Source: Synechococcus sp. A15-28
Lineage (GTDB): Bacteria > Cyanobacteriota > Cyanobacteriia > PCC-6307 > Cyanobiaceae
Reading direction: 5' to 3'
NCBI RefSeq assembly: GCF_014280175.1
Contig: NZ_CP047931.1
Coordinates: 1,920,001 to 1,952,000, forward strand
Length of the DNA: 32,000 nucleotides
The translations under genes and the position numbers were made by a program. This document shows, one piece after another, positions 7,344 to 19,615 of the stretch. Below the pieces are notes generated by a model. The model did no database searches. It was not told the origin of the DNA and saw only the letters and a program-made list of their open reading frames with translations. Numbering within the stretch: position 1 is the stretch's first letter; each line of letters opens with the position of its first letter.

Positions 7344-10300
7344 TCAGGCCGCCACTGCTTGCTGGTCCACCAGCCCCATCGCTGCCCGCTCACTGGGCGG
7401 GATCAGCACCTTGAAGCGACCCTTCGCCGCAGCCCAGTCGGCCAACAACGCTGACGCCTTGCTGCTGCCGGTGGCTGCAACATGGGCTTCCAGCAATGCT
7501 TTGAGCGTGGTTTCCTGCTGCTGGGTGGTGAGGCTGCACACCTCCACGATCTCCGGATTCACCCGTGGGGCGACACGGTCGTTCTCATCCAGCAGGAAGG
7601 TGACACCACCGGTCATGCCGGCCCCCACGTTGCGGCCGGTGCTGCCCAGCACCACCACCACGCCGCCGGTCATGTACTCGCAGCAATGGTCGCCGGCCCC
7701 TTCAACCACAGTCCGGGCCCCGCTGTTGCGCACGCCGAAGCGCTCACCGGCGCGACCGAGGGCGTAGAGCTCACCGCCGGTGGCGCCGTAGAGGCAGGTG
7801 TTGCCAAGGATCACCTGATCGCCGGGATTGGCGCAGCCATCGGCAGGCACAAGGGTGATGCGGCCACTGTTCATGCCCTTGCCCACGTAATCGTTGGCTT
7901 CGCCCTCAAGTCGCACATTCATGCCCTGCACCAGGAAGGCGCCGAAGCTCTGGCCGGCAGCACCCTTGTAGGTGAGATCCAGCTGGCCGTTGAAGCCGCG
8001 GTTGCCGTGGCGCTGGGCAATCTCACCGGCCAGGCGGGCCCCCACGCTGCGATCGGTGTTGACGATCGCGATCGTGCGGCTGAGGGAACCATGGCTCTCC
8101 AGCGCAGCCATCAGTGCGGCGTCGGCCAGCAGTTGGTCCTCAAGGATCGGGCCGTTGCCGTGGGCTTCGGCGCTGTGGCGCAACCAGGAGCGGTCGTCTG
8201 CGCCCTGGATGGGTGCCAGCAGGCTGGAGAGATCCACGCCCTGGGTTTTGGCCAGCTGCACCGCACGGGGTTGCAGCAGGTCGCTGCGGCCGATCAGGTC
8301 CTCGAGTTTGGCGACGCCGAGCAGGCTGAGCAGCTGGCGCACCTCCTCCGCCACGTACCAGAAGAAATTCACCACGTGCTCGGGTACGCCGGTGAAGCGC
8401 TTGCGCAGCGCCTCCTTCTGGGTGGCCACACCCACCGGGCAGTTATTGGTGTGGCAGACGCGGGCCATGATGCAGCCCTCGGCGATCATCGCCACCGAGC
8501 CGAAGCCGTACTCCTCCGCGCCGAGCAGGGCCGCGATCACCACATCCCAACCGGTCTTGAGGCCGCCATCGGCCCGCAGCAGCACCCGATCGCGCAAACC
8601 GTTCTCCACCAGGCTGCGGTGCACCTCGGTGAGCCCCAGCTCCCAGGGGCTGCCGGCGTGTTTGATCGAACTCAACGGCGACGCACCGGTGCCACCGTCG
8701 TGGCCGGAGATCTGAATCACATCGGCGTTGGCCTTGGCCACACCGGCAGCGATGGTGCCGATGCCGATCTCGGCCACCAGCTTCACGCTCACCGGCGCCT
8801 TGGGGTGCACCTGATGCAGATCGTGGATCAGCTGAGCCAGATCCTCGATTGAGTAGATGTCGTGGTGGGGCGGCGGCGAGATCAGTGCCACGCCGGGTTT
8901 GCTGTTACGCAGCCAGGCGATGTACTCATCCACCTTCGGGCCGGGCAGCTGGCCGCCCTCTCCGGGCTTGGCCCCCTGGGCCACCTTGATCTCTAGCTGT
9001 TTGCCGCTGCGCAGGTATTCGGCCGTGACACCGAACCGTCCGGACGCGATCTGCTTGATCGCCGAACAGGCGGTGTCGCCATTGCGGAGTCCGCCGATGC
9101 TGGGGAAGGCCTGCGAGCGGCCTTCAGCGTCCACGTCGTGGAGCACCTGGAAACGGGCCGGATCCTCGCCGCCTTCGCCGCTGTTGCTCTTGCCGCCGAT
9201 GCGGTTCATCGCCACCGCCAGCACTTCGTGGGCCTCCCGCGAGAGGGCACCAAGGCTCATGCCACCGGTGCAGAACCGCTTGCAGAGGCTTTCCGCGCTC
9301 TCCACCTGATCCAGGGGCAGCGGCGTCGGGGCCAGCTTGAACTCCAGCAGATCCCTCAGGGCTGTGACCGGCCGGTTCTCCAGCAGGGTTTTGTAGGTGG
9401 AAAAGTGGTCGTACCCCGGCCCGGTCTTCACCGCCGCATGCAGGGCCTTGGCCATGTCTGGACTGTTTAGGTGGTACTCGCCACCGGTGCGGTACTGCAC
9501 AAAGCCCATGAACTCCAGCTTGCTGCGGTTGAGCTCCGGGAACGCCTTGGCATGCAGCGACAGGGTTTCATTGGCCAGCTCCGCCAGGGTCATGCCCGCC
9601 ACACGGCTGGTGGTGCCGGTGAAAGCGGTGTCGATCACATCGGCGCCAAGCCCGATCGCTTCGAAGATCTGAGCGCCGTGGTAGCTGGCCAGCAGCGAGA
9701 TACCGATCTTGGAGAGGATCTTGCGCAGGCCGTTCTCCAGGGAGACGCGCACGTTGGCCTGCACCTTTTCGGCATCGAGGGGGGGCAGCTTGCCCTGCTC
9801 GATGCGCTTCTGGGTTTTGGGGTGAGCAAGCCAGTGGCGGGTGGTCTCCCAGGTGAGCCAGGGGCAGACGGCACTGGCGCCATAGCCGATCAGGCAGGCC
9901 ATGTGGTGGGTGCTCCAGCACTGGGCGGTGTCGACCACCAGGGAGCAGCGCAGACGCAGCTTCTGCCGCAGCAGATGGTGATGGACGGCACCGACGGAGA
10001 GCAATGGCGGCATCGCCACGCTGGTGGCCGTCAATGGGGCAGCGGCACCGGCGGAATCAACGCGATCGGACAGCACCAGCACCTGGGCGCCGCCGCGCAC
10101 GGCCTCCTCGGCCGCCTGGCAGAGCGCATCAAGGGCTGAACTGAGGCCACCGGCACAGGCCTCAACCGCTACCTGGGTGGACAGGGTCGCCACAGGGAGC
10201 CCCTGCTGGCTGATCGCCGCCAGCTCGGCTTCATTCAGCACCGGGGTGTCCAGATGAATCACCGCGGCCGCTTCGGCCTGGGGCTTGAGGGCAGGCCTGC

Positions 10301-11945
10301 GCTCACCCAGATGCATCTCCAGGCTCATCACCAGCTTTTCACGCAGGGGGTCGATCGGCGGGTTGGTGACCTGGGCGAAGCGCTGCTTGAAGTAGTCGTA
10401 GAGCAGGTGGGGCTTGTCGGAGAGCACCGCCAGGGGGATGTCATCCCCCATGCAATAGGTGGGCTCCTTGCCCAGTCCGGCCATGTCCTCGATCACCAGA
10501 TCGAAGTCTTCCGCCGTGAAGCCCATGGCGGTCTGCAGCCGCAGCAGGTCCAGTTCGCCGATCTGACGCTCCTGCGTCCAGGGCTGAGCCGCCACGCCGC
10601 GGCGGTGCTGCCGCAGCCAGTCGCCATAGGGGAAGCGTCCGGCAGCGTCCTCCTTCACGGTCCAGTTCTCCAGCAGCTGACCGTTCTCCAGATCCACGGC
10701 CACCATCTGTCCGGGGCCGAGGCGGCCCTTCTGAACAACGGTCTTGCCGCTGAGATCCACCACACCGGTTTCCGATCCCATGATCACGAAACCGTCGGCG
10801 GTGGTGCACCAGCGGGCGGGGCGAAGACCGTTGCGATCGAGGGTGGCGCCGACCCGTTTGCCGTCGGCGAACACCAGCAGGGCAGGGCCGTCCCACGGCT
10901 CCTGGATGCCGGCATTGAATTCGTACATCGCCGTCACCTCAGGACGATCCTCCAGATCCGGCTGGTTGCGGAAGGCCTCCGGCACCAGGGTGATCAGGCT
11001 GTCGGTGATCGAGCGACCGCTGCGCACCATCAGCTCCAGCGTGGCGTCGAGGTTGGCCGAGTCGCTGAAGGCCGGGTTGACCGCCGGGTTGAGCTCAGCG
11101 GCCGACTCTCCCCAGACCTCCGAGAGACTGGCTTCGGTCGCCTTGGCCCAGTTGAGGTTGCCCAGCAGCGTGTTGATCTCACCGTTGTGGCCAAGCAGCC
11201 GCATCGGCTGCGCCAGGGGCCAGCGGGGCAGGGTGTTGGTGCTGAAGCGCCGGTGATACACCGCGAAGCTCACCTCAAAGCGGGGATCGCGCAGATCGGC
11301 GTAGTACTGGGCCAGCACCTCGGAGCGCACCATCCCCTTGTAAACAACGGTGCGGCTGCTCAGGGACGCCACATAAAGATCCAGCGACCCCTCAAAACCC
11401 CAGGCCTTGCGGGCACGGGCGCCGATCCGCCGGCGCAGGCGCAGCAACAGCGCCTCGAAGGCCTCGCCATCGGGACCACCGGCGAGGCTCCACTGCTCGA
11501 TCACCGGGGCGGTCTCCCGGGCCATGGGCCCCAGCACGGACGCATCCACCGGAACCACCCGCCAACCGGCGGAGGTCAGCCCGAGGGCCTCGGCCTCCTC
11601 GTTGCAGAACTGGCGCGCCAGTTCCCGCCGCTCCGGGTCCTGCGGCATGAACATCATCCCGAGACCCCGGGCTGCCGCGGCCTCAGGCCAGACCGCCTTC
11701 AGATACGACCAGGGGATCTCGCACAGCACACCGGCGCCATCACCGGAATCGCCATCACCACCACAGCCACCGCGGTGCTCCATGCAACCGAGACCGCGCA
11801 AGGCCTGCTGCAGCACCCAGTGACTGGTCTGACCCGACAGCTGCGCCAGGAAACCCACACCGCAGGCATCTTTCTCTCCGGCCACGGCCTCAGGCGCAGC
11901 ACTGTCGCTGTAGGGCCAGACGGTGGGTCGGGTGAGATCTGCCAT
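7344..11945 (-). CDS. gltB: Glutamate synthase large subunit, probably ferredoxin-dependent (GltB/GlsF)
   Basis: 1533 aa with glutaminase N-terminus (EKDACGVGFLAQLSG), GOGAT central and FMN domains (SVKLVAEIGIGTIAAGVAKANADVIQISGHDGGTGASP), Fe-S motif CHTNNCPVGVATQ and a C-terminal GXGXG domain. Confidence 0.97.
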   Translation of the reverse strand: MADLTRPTVWPYSDSAAPEAVAGEKDACGVGFLAQLSGQTSHWVLQQALRGLGCMEHRGGCGGDGDSGDGAGVLCEIPWSYLKAVWPEAAAARGLGMMFMPQDPERRELARQFCNEEAEALGLTSAGWRVVPVDASVLGPMARETAPVIEQWSLAGGPDGEAFEALLLRLRRRIGARARKAWGFEGSLDLYVASLSSRTVVYKGMVRSEVLAQYYADLRDPRFEVSFAVYHRRFSTNTLPRWPLAQPMRLLGHNGEINTLLGNLNWAKATEASLSEVWGESAAELNPAVNPAFSDSANLDATLELMVRSGRSITDSLITLVPEAFRNQPDLEDRPEVTAMYEFNAGIQEPWDGPALLVFADGKRVGATLDRNGLRPARWCTTADGFVIMGSETGVVDLSGKTVVQKGRLGPGQMVAVDLENGQLLENWTVKEDAAGRFPYGDWLRQHRRGVAAQPWTQERQIGELDLLRLQTAMGFTAEDFDLVIEDMAGLGKEPTYCMGDDIPLAVLSDKPHLLYDYFKQRFAQVTNPPIDPLREKLVMSLEMHLGERRPALKPQAEAAAVIHLDTPVLNEAELAAISQQGLPVATLSTQVAVEACAGGLSSALDALCQAAEEAVRGGAQVLVLSDRVDSAGAAAPLTATSVAMPPLLSVGAVHHHLLRQKLRLRCSLVVDTAQCWSTHHMACLIGYGASAVCPWLTWETTRHWLAHPKTQKRIEQGKLPPLDAEKVQANVRVSLENGLRKILSKIGISLLASYHGAQIFEAIGLGADVIDTAFTGTTSRVAGMTLAELANETLSLHAKAFPELNRSKLEFMGFVQYRTGGEYHLNSPDMAKALHAAVKTGPGYDHFSTYKTLLENRPVTALRDLLEFKLAPTPLPLDQVESAESLCKRFCTGGMSLGALSREAHEVLAVAMNRIGGKSNSGEGGEDPARFQVLHDVDAEGRSQAFPSIGGLRNGDTACSAIKQIASGRFGVTAEYLRSGKQLEIKVAQGAKPGEGGQLPGPKVDEYIAWLRNSKPGVALISPPPHHDIYSIEDLAQLIHDLHQVHPKAPVSVKLVAEIGIGTIAAGVAKANADVIQISGHDGGTGASPLSSIKHAGSPWELGLTEVHRSLVENGLRDRVLLRADGGLKTGWDVVIAALLGAEEYGFGSVAMIAEGCIMARVCHTNNCPVGVATQKEALRKRFTGVPEHVVNFFWYVAEEVRQLLSLLGVAKLEDLIGRSDLLQPRAVQLAKTQGVDLSSLLAPIQGADDRSWLRHSAEAHGNGPILEDQLLADAALMAALESHGSLSRTIAIVNTDRSVGARLAGEIAQRHGNRGFNGQLDLTYKGAAGQSFGAFLVQGMNVRLEGEANDYVGKGMNSGRITLVPADGCANPGDQVILGNTCLYGATGGELYALGRAGERFGVRNSGARTVVEGAGDHCCEYMTGGVVVVLGSTGRNVGAGMTGGVTFLLDENDRVAPRVNPEIVEVCSLTTQQQETTLKALLEAHVAATGSSKASALLADWAAAKGRFKVLIPPSERAAMGLVDQQAVAA

Positions 11946-12010
11946 GAAAGTTCAGCCGGGCGTTTGCATGGCTCGCAGCGTCGTGCTCTGCAGGAACCAC
12001 GTCATTTGAC

Positions 12011-12038
12011 GATCCTAGGCAGGCGCCCTGCCCGGATC
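12011..12038 (+). other. Strong hairpin just upstream of the 12047 start: GATCC-ta-GGCAGG-cgc-CCTGCC-c-GGATC
   Basis: 11 paired positions by eye, ending 8 nt before the ATG, in the divergent gltB/12047 intergenic region. Confidence 0.4.
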
Positions 12039-12046
12039 GCCCACCG

Positions 12047-13717
12047 ATGCTTCCCTTCGCCCAGCTGCCGGAACCACTGCCGGAACTGCGACTGGCTCCA
12101 TCACAGCAGGGACAGCAGCTGCGGATCGATGGCGAGGAGCTGCGCAGCTCCTGGTCTTGGGAGGGGCTCAACCGGAGCCAGCCCGATCAGCTGTGGCTCC
12201 CCCTGGAGCTGTTGGAATCACGCCTCGGCTTCCGCCGTCGTGAAGGTCAACTGGAGTGGTTCGGCCGCCGGCAGCCCCTGGCTCAGCTGCCACAGCGCAC
12301 CCTGGGCGATGAGGTGGCCCTGGAGGTGGCCGACTGGCTGACCGGGATTGGGGTCAGCCTCCGTCTGGAAGGCCGGCAGCTGCAGTTGACCCTGCCTCCA
12401 GCTGCTCTGCAGGGCCTGCGACGCGGCAAGGGCAGCACCGCCGATCGCCTGGTGCTGGACCTCGATGGTCCAGCCCTGCTGCAGCGGGTGGGGGATGACC
12501 TGCACCTGGGCCTGCGCAGTACGGCATCCCAGCTCGAGGAACTGCAACGGCTTCAGCTCAACCCTCAGCAACGGTCTGACAGCCTCGTCCTGAAGGGACA
12601 GGCCACTCGACTGAGGACCCTGAGCCTGGCGACACCCTGGCGCGTGGTGCTGGATGGCATCAGGGCGAATGGGGCCACCCAGGCCGCGGCCCGGCTCCCC
12701 CTCAGCAACCCGGCTATCGCTCGCTGGCTGCGCCGGGGGCTGGTGCTCGAGGAGCGCACCGTCACCGTCGGAGTGAAACCGCTGCGGGTGTTCAGAAGCG
12801 GTGGCCAGCTGCAGCGCATTGGACTGACGCTGAAGCCGCTCACCATGATTGGACAGCAGCAGGGACTTCGCTTTCTGCCGCAGTTGTCCCAACCGCTTGA
12901 TGCGGTGGTCGCCATCAACGGAGGCTTTTTCAATCGCATCCTGCAGCTGCCCCTCGGCGCGTTGCGTCAACAGGGCGAATGGCTGTCGGGACCGATCCTC
13001 AACCGGGGCGTGATCGCTTGGAGCGACAACGATCCGCTCCAGTTCGGACGATTGCGGCTGGCTCAACAGCTGCGGGTGAACGGTGGGCGGCGCTGGAGGC
13101 TGAGCTTTCTCAACAGCGGTTATGTGCAGCGGGGACTCAGCCGCTACACGCGCGCCTGGGGGCCGATCTACCGCCCCCTCAGCGGTGAGGAGGAGGCAAT
13201 GCTGATCGAAGGGGGGCGCGTCACGCAGCGCTTTGATCGCACCAGCATCCGCCGCGGTGTGCTCATCCCTTCCAACGGCGACCTGGTGGTGGCCCGCGGT
13301 GGCACCCCCCTGCCGGCCGAACCCGGCGATGCGGTGATGTTGAGCCAGCGCAGCATTCCTGGACTGGGGGACGAGGCCAATGTGCTGGGGGGCGGACCAC
13401 TCTTATTGCAAGGGGGGAGGATCGTTTTGAACGGTCGCGGAGAAGGCTTCAGCCCAGGGTTCCTGACCCTTGCCGCACCCAGGACCGTGGTGGGCACAGG
13501 GAGAGGAGGCACGTGGCTGATGGCCCTGCGGGGTGCTGCAGGGAGCGATCCCACCCTGCTGGAAACAGCCCTGGCCGCTCAACAGCTCGGCTTGAGAGAC
13601 GCTCTGAACCTGGACGGCGGCAGCTCCACCACCGTCGTGGTGGCTGGACAAACGGTGGTAATTGGTCGCGGCAGTGCCCCGCGGGTTCACAACGGCCTTG
13701 GGTTTGTCCCCCTCTAG
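12047..13717 (+). CDS. Phosphodiester glycosidase family (NAGPA-like) exopolysaccharide/envelope protein
   Basis: VVAINGGFFNR..., SGPILNRGVIAW, NVLGGGPLLLQGG, and the C-terminal RDALNLDGGSSTTVVVAGQ...GRGSAPRVHNGLGFVPL pattern typical of this family. Confidence 0.85.
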   Translation: MLPFAQLPEPLPELRLAPSQQGQQLRIDGEELRSSWSWEGLNRSQPDQLWLPLELLESRLGFRRREGQLEWFGRRQPLAQLPQRTLGDEVALEVADWLTGIGVSLRLEGRQLQLTLPPAALQGLRRGKGSTADRLVLDLDGPALLQRVGDDLHLGLRSTASQLEELQRLQLNPQQRSDSLVLKGQATRLRTLSLATPWRVVLDGIRANGATQAAARLPLSNPAIARWLRRGLVLEERTVTVGVKPLRVFRSGGQLQRIGLTLKPLTMIGQQQGLRFLPQLSQPLDAVVAINGGFFNRILQLPLGALRQQGEWLSGPILNRGVIAWSDNDPLQFGRLRLAQQLRVNGGRRWRLSFLNSGYVQRGLSRYTRAWGPIYRPLSGEEEAMLIEGGRVTQRFDRTSIRRGVLIPSNGDLVVARGGTPLPAEPGDAVMLSQRSIPGLGDEANVLGGGPLLLQGGRIVLNGRGEGFSPGFLTLAAPRTVVGTGRGGTWLMALRGAAGSDPTLLETALAAQQLGLRDALNLDGGSSTTVVVAGQTVVIGRGSAPRVHNGLGFVPL

Positions 13718-13756
13718 AGACCTGCCACACTGGATTTTTGAGCACATCACTCCTCC

Positions 13757-14083
13757 ATGGCCGCCAATCTGCGCCTGACGACGGCTGCCGCCGCCGAACT
13801 TGGTCGTCAGGCCGCTGTGGCGGGAACACCGGGACAGATGCATCTCGAACTGCTACCGGGCGATTGTGCGGATCACGTGATCCAGATCCGTCCAGGACAT
13901 TTCGCAGGGGTGGCCATCGCCAGGGCTAATGGCGTCACTCTCCATGCCCCCAAGACCCAGCTCAATCTGTTGCAGGGACTTTGCCTGGACTACCGCGGTG
14001 ACCTCAGCGGAGGCGGTTTCCTGATCCGCAGCGGCGAGGGAATCACCCCCTGTGCCTGCGGCAGTGCCTTCAGCCTGCGATAA
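13757..14083 (+). CDS. Divergent A-type iron-sulfur carrier-like (IscA/HesB-like) protein
   Basis: [16 protein letters not shown]...[15 protein letters not shown]...[22 protein letters not shown]. The C-terminal CxCGSxF signature and an upstream Cys are present, but the rest is divergent. Confidence 0.6.
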   Translation: MAANLRLTTAAAAELGRQAAVAGTPGQMHLELLPGDCADHVIQIRPGHFAGVAIARANGVTLHAPKTQLNLLQGLCLDYRGDLSGGGFLIRSGEGITPCACGSAFSLR

Positions 14084-14156
14084 CCAGGGACCGTCAACCG
14101 GTATCGTGGCGGATTGTCGAATCTGGTCGGGGCGTCCGACCGCACACCGACCCTCG

Positions 14157-14531
14157 ATGCCAACCATCCAACAGCTGATCCGCACTGAGCGTTCACGCCT
14201 CAAGGCCAAGACGAAATCGCCGGCTTTGAAGTCCTGCCCGGAACGCCGCGGGGTCTGCACCCGTGTATACACCTCAACACCGAAGAAGCCCAACTCGGCG
14301 CTGCGCAAGGTGGCCCGTGTACGTCTCACCTCCGGCTTTGAGGTCACGGCCTACATCGGTGGCGTCGGTCACAACCTTCAGGAGCACTCCGTGGTGCTGA
14401 TCCGTGGTGGTCGTGTCAAGGACCTTCCGGGTGTCAGGTACCACATCATTCGCGGAACCCTGGACACCGCAGGTGTCAAGGACCGTCGCCAGTCCCGCTC
14501 GAAGTACGGCGCCAAGGCACCGAAGGAGTGA
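14157..14531 (+). CDS. rpsL: 30S ribosomal protein S12
   Basis: [100 protein letters not shown]. The start is internal to the 14052 ORF. Confidence 0.98.
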   Translation: MPTIQQLIRTERSRLKAKTKSPALKSCPERRGVCTRVYTSTPKKPNSALRKVARVRLTSGFEVTAYIGGVGHNLQEHSVVLIRGGRVKDLPGVRYHIIRGTLDTAGVKDRRQSRSKYGAKAPKE

Positions 14532-14584
14532 CCTCACGGTCCCCCGCACCCACAACGTTCTGATCCCCACTTCACCGACCCCCG

Positions 14585-15055
14585 ATGTCCCGCCGCAACG
14601 CCGCTGAAAAACGCCCGGTCCTTCCTGACCCGCAGTTCAACAGCCGTCTGGCCTCAATGATGGTGGCCCGGCTGATGCAACACGGCAAGAAGTCCACAGC
14701 GCAACGGATCCTGTCCGATGCCTTCGGTCTGATCAACGAGCGCACCGGCGGTGATCCCCTCGAGTTGTTCGAGACCGCTGTGAAGAACGCCACCCCCCTG
14801 GTTGAGGTGCGTGCCCGTCGCGTCGGTGGCGCCACTTACCAGGTTCCGATGGAAGTGCGTCAGGAACGTGGAACGGCCATGGCCCTGCGTTGGCTGGTGA
14901 GCTTCTCCCGCGCCCGCAACGGACGGAGCATGGCTCAGAAGCTTGCCGGCGAATTGATGGATGCCGCTAATGAAGCCGGCAACGCCGTCCGCAAGCGGGA
15001 AGAAACCCACAAGATGGCCGAAGCCAACAAGGCTTTCGCGCATTACCGCTATTGA
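14585..15055 (+). CDS. rpsG: 30S ribosomal protein S7
   Basis: [47 protein letters not shown]...[30 protein letters not shown]...[15 protein letters not shown]. Confidence 0.98.
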   Translation: MSRRNAAEKRPVLPDPQFNSRLASMMVARLMQHGKKSTAQRILSDAFGLINERTGGDPLELFETAVKNATPLVEVRARRVGGATYQVPMEVRQERGTAMALRWLVSFSRARNGRSMAQKLAGELMDAANEAGNAVRKREETHKMAEANKAFAHYRY

Positions 15056-15060
15056 TCTTG

Positions 15061-15099
15061 GGCCAGCCAGCCCGACACCTTCACGGTCCAAGGCTGGCC
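15061..15099 (+). other. Hairpin GGCCAGCC ... GGCTGGCC between rpsG and fusA
   Basis: 8-bp perfect arms at 15061-15068 and 15092-15099 with a 23-nt loop and no clear U tract. Confidence 0.4.
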
Positions 15100-15146
15100 T
15101 GTAGAGTCTCACCCGCCTTTTCACGCCCCACCCCCGGAGAATTCCT

Positions 15147-17219
<2,073 letters not shown>

Positions 17220-17269
17220 TCCTGATCTCTAAACTCCTCTCACTCCAACCCTCGATTCTTTAACCACCA

Positions 17270-18469
17270 ATGGCACGCGAGAAGTTCGAAAGGAACAAGC
17301 CCCACGTCAACATCGGCACCATCGGCCACGTTGACCACGGCAAAACCACCCTGACCGCCGCGATCACCAACGTGCTCGCCAAGAAGGGGCAGGCTGAAAT
17401 TCAGAACTACGCCGACATCGACGGCGCCCCTGAAGAGCGCGAGCGCGGTATCACCATCAACACCGCTCACGTTGAGTACGAGACCGAGACCCGTCACTAC
17501 GCCCACGTGGACTGCCCCGGTCACGCGGACTACGTGAAGAACATGATCACCGGTGCCGCTCAAATGGATGGCGCAATCCTGGTGTGTGCTGCCACAGACG
17601 GCCCCATGGCTCAGACGAAGGAGCACATCCTTCTGGCCAAGCAGGTGGGCGTTCCTGCCCTGGTGGTTGCACTGAACAAGTGCGACATGGTCGATGACGA
17701 AGAGATCATCGAACTGGTGGAAATGGAGATCCGCGAGCTCCTTTCCGATTACGACTTCCCTGGTGATGACATCCCCGTTGTTCAGGTCTCCGGCCTGAAG
17801 GCCATCGAAGGCGAGGCTGACTGGGAAGCCAAGATCGAGGAACTGATGGCAGCTGTGGATGCCAGCATCCCCGAGCCTGAGCGTGAGGTTGACAAGCCGT
17901 TCTTGATGGCTGTGGAAGATGTCTTCTCCATCACCGGTCGTGGAACCGTGGCCACCGGCCGGATCGAGCGCGGCATCGTCAAAGTCGGCGAAGAGATCGA
18001 GATCGTCGGCATCAAAGACACCCGCAAGACCACCGTCACCGGTGTTGAAATGTTCCGCAAGCTGCTCGATGAGGGCATGGCTGGCGACAACGTCGGTCTG
18101 CTGCTGCGTGGCATCCAGAAAGAAGACATCGAGCGCGGCATGGTGCTGGTCAAGCCCGGTTCCATCACCCCTCACACCAAGTTCGAAGGTGAGGTGTACG
18201 TGCTGAAGAAGGAAGAAGGCGGCCGCCACACCCCCTTCTTCGCTGGCTATCGCCCGCAGTTCTACATCCGTACAACGGATGTGACCGGCCAGATCACCGC
18301 CTTCACTGCTGACGACGGCAGCGACGTTGAAATGGTGATGCCCGGTGACCGCATCAAGATGACCGGCGAACTGATCTGCCCCGTGGCCATCGAGCAGGGC
18401 ATGCGTTTCGCTATCCGCGAAGGCGGCCGCACCATCGGTGCTGGCGTGGTCTCCAAGATCATCGAGTGA
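17270..18469 (+). CDS. tuf: Elongation factor Tu
   Basis: [59 protein letters not shown]-terminus [17 protein letters not shown]. Confidence 0.98.
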   Translation: MAREKFERNKPHVNIGTIGHVDHGKTTLTAAITNVLAKKGQAEIQNYADIDGAPEERERGITINTAHVEYETETRHYAHVDCPGHADYVKNMITGAAQMDGAILVCAATDGPMAQTKEHILLAKQVGVPALVVALNKCDMVDDEEIIELVEMEIRELLSDYDFPGDDIPVVQVSGLKAIEGEADWEAKIEELMAAVDASIPEPEREVDKPFLMAVEDVFSITGRGTVATGRIERGIVKVGEEIEIVGIKDTRKTTVTGVEMFRKLLDEGMAGDNVGLLLRGIQKEDIERGMVLVKPGSITPHTKFEGEVYVLKKEEGGRHTPFFAGYRPQFYIRTTDVTGQITAFTADDGSDVEMVMPGDRIKMTGELICPVAIEQGMRFAIREGGRTIGAGVVSKIIE

Positions 18470-18492
18470 TCAGCTGACGCTGCTCACTGATG

Positions 18493-18516
18493 GATGGGGG
18501 GATCATTCCCCCCATC
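18493..18516 (+). terminator. Terminator or processing hairpin between tuf and rpsJ
   Basis: Perfect 9-bp stem GATGGGGGG-ATCATT-CCCCCCATC followed by TCTTACATTT; the T tract is imperfect. Confidence 0.6.
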
Positions 18517-18587
18517 TCTTACATTTGATTTGAACCTCGACAACTGAATCCAGGACGTCCTTCCGGACCCTGTACTCCCCCCTTCCT

Positions 18588-18908
18588 ATGTCCACTGCCA
18601 TCGCTCAGCAGAAGATCCGCATCCGCCTGAAGGCGTTTGACCGCCGCATGCTTGATCTCTCTTGCGACAAGATCATTGAAACCGCCGATCAGACCGCTGC
18701 CACAGCGATCGGCCCCATCCCCCTTCCCACAAGACGCAAGATCTACTGCGTGCTGCGCTCGCCCCACGTGGACAAGGACTCCCGAGAGCACTTCGAGACC
18801 CGGACCCATCGCCGGATCATCGACATCTACAGCCCATCGGCGAAGACCATCGATGCACTGATGAAGCTCGATCTCCCCAGTGGCGTCGACATTGAAGTCA
18901 AGCTCTGA
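18588..18908 (+). CDS. rpsJ: 30S ribosomal protein S10
   Basis: [98 protein letters not shown]. Confidence 0.98.
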   Translation: MSTAIAQQKIRIRLKAFDRRMLDLSCDKIIETADQTAATAIGPIPLPTRRKIYCVLRSPHVDKDSREHFETRTHRRIIDIYSPSAKTIDALMKLDLPSGVDIEVKL

Positions 18909-18920
18909 TCACTTCGCTCC

Positions 18921-18952
18921 GGAGGCTTGCTTCCTAGGATCAAGCCTCCTTT
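18921..18952 (+). terminator. Rho-independent-like terminator after rpsJ
   Basis: Perfect 9-bp stem GGAGGCTTG-cttcctaggat-CAAGCCTCC followed by a short TTT. Confidence 0.6.
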
Positions 18953-18964
18953 AGCGCGGCGTCT

Positions 18965-19615
18965 GTGTCCGATTTCTCCGTCAGGGAACTGCCCCTGTTC
19001 CCCCTGCCGGACGTCGTGTTGTTCCCGCAGCAGCTGCTGCCGCTCCATATCTTCGAATCCCGCTATCGGATGTTGCTCCAGACGGTTCTGGAGACCGATA
19101 AGCGCTTTGGGATTGTGCGAATCAACCCCGACAACGGAGAGATGGCCGAGATCGGCTGCTGTGCGGAAGTGCTTCAGCATCAGACCACCGAGGATGGACG
19201 CAGCTACATCGTCACCCTGGGGCAGCAGCGGTTCCGCGTGCTCAACATCACCCGTGAAACACCCTTCCGCTCAGCCATGGTCAGCTGGATGGAAGACGAA
19301 CCGGTCGCTGACCACACCGAGCTCAACACATTGCGCGACAAGGTCAGCTCAGCCCTAAACGATGTCTTCTCCCTCACGGCCAAGATTCAGGGTCGCGAGC
19401 CAGAACTGCCCGATGACCTCCCCGACCTACCGCGGGAACTGTCGTTCTGGATCGGAGCCCATCTCGACAACCGAGCCGCCCCTGAGCAGCAGACCCTGCT
19501 GGAGCTCAGTGACACCACAGAGCGTCTTGAGCGCCAATTCGAAATGCTGGACCACACCCGTCGCCAACTGGCGGCCCGAACTGTGCTGATGGATCTCAAG
19601 GAGCAAGACGTCTGA
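18965..19615 (+). CDS. Lon protease N-terminal (substrate-binding) domain protein
   Basis: GTG start; VRELPLFPLPDVVLFPQQLLPLHIFESRYRMLLQTVLETDKRFGIVRI is typical of standalone LON-domain proteins. Confidence 0.88.
   Translation: MSDFSVRELPLFPLPDVVLFPQQLLPLHIFESRYRMLLQTVLETDKRFGIVRINPDNGEMAEIGCCAEVLQHQTTEDGRSYIVTLGQQRFRVLNITRETPFRSAMVSWMEDEPVADHTELNTLRDKVSSALNDVFSLTAKIQGREPELPDDLPDLPRELSFWIGAHLDNRAAPEQQTLLELSDTTERLERQFEMLDHTRRQLAARTVLMDLKEQDV

Noticed and set aside
7482-8852. 456-aa antisense ORF over gltB, His/Gln/Ala-rich (also 9471-10139)
   Set aside because: Composition is typical of reverse-strand translation of a GC-rich gene; no motifs.
10254-12341. 695-aa ORF on the plus strand antisense to gltB, extending into the next gene
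   Set aside because: It is opposite a fully recognisable glutamate synthase, its sequence has no recognisable domain, and long shadow ORFs are expected in GC-rich genes.
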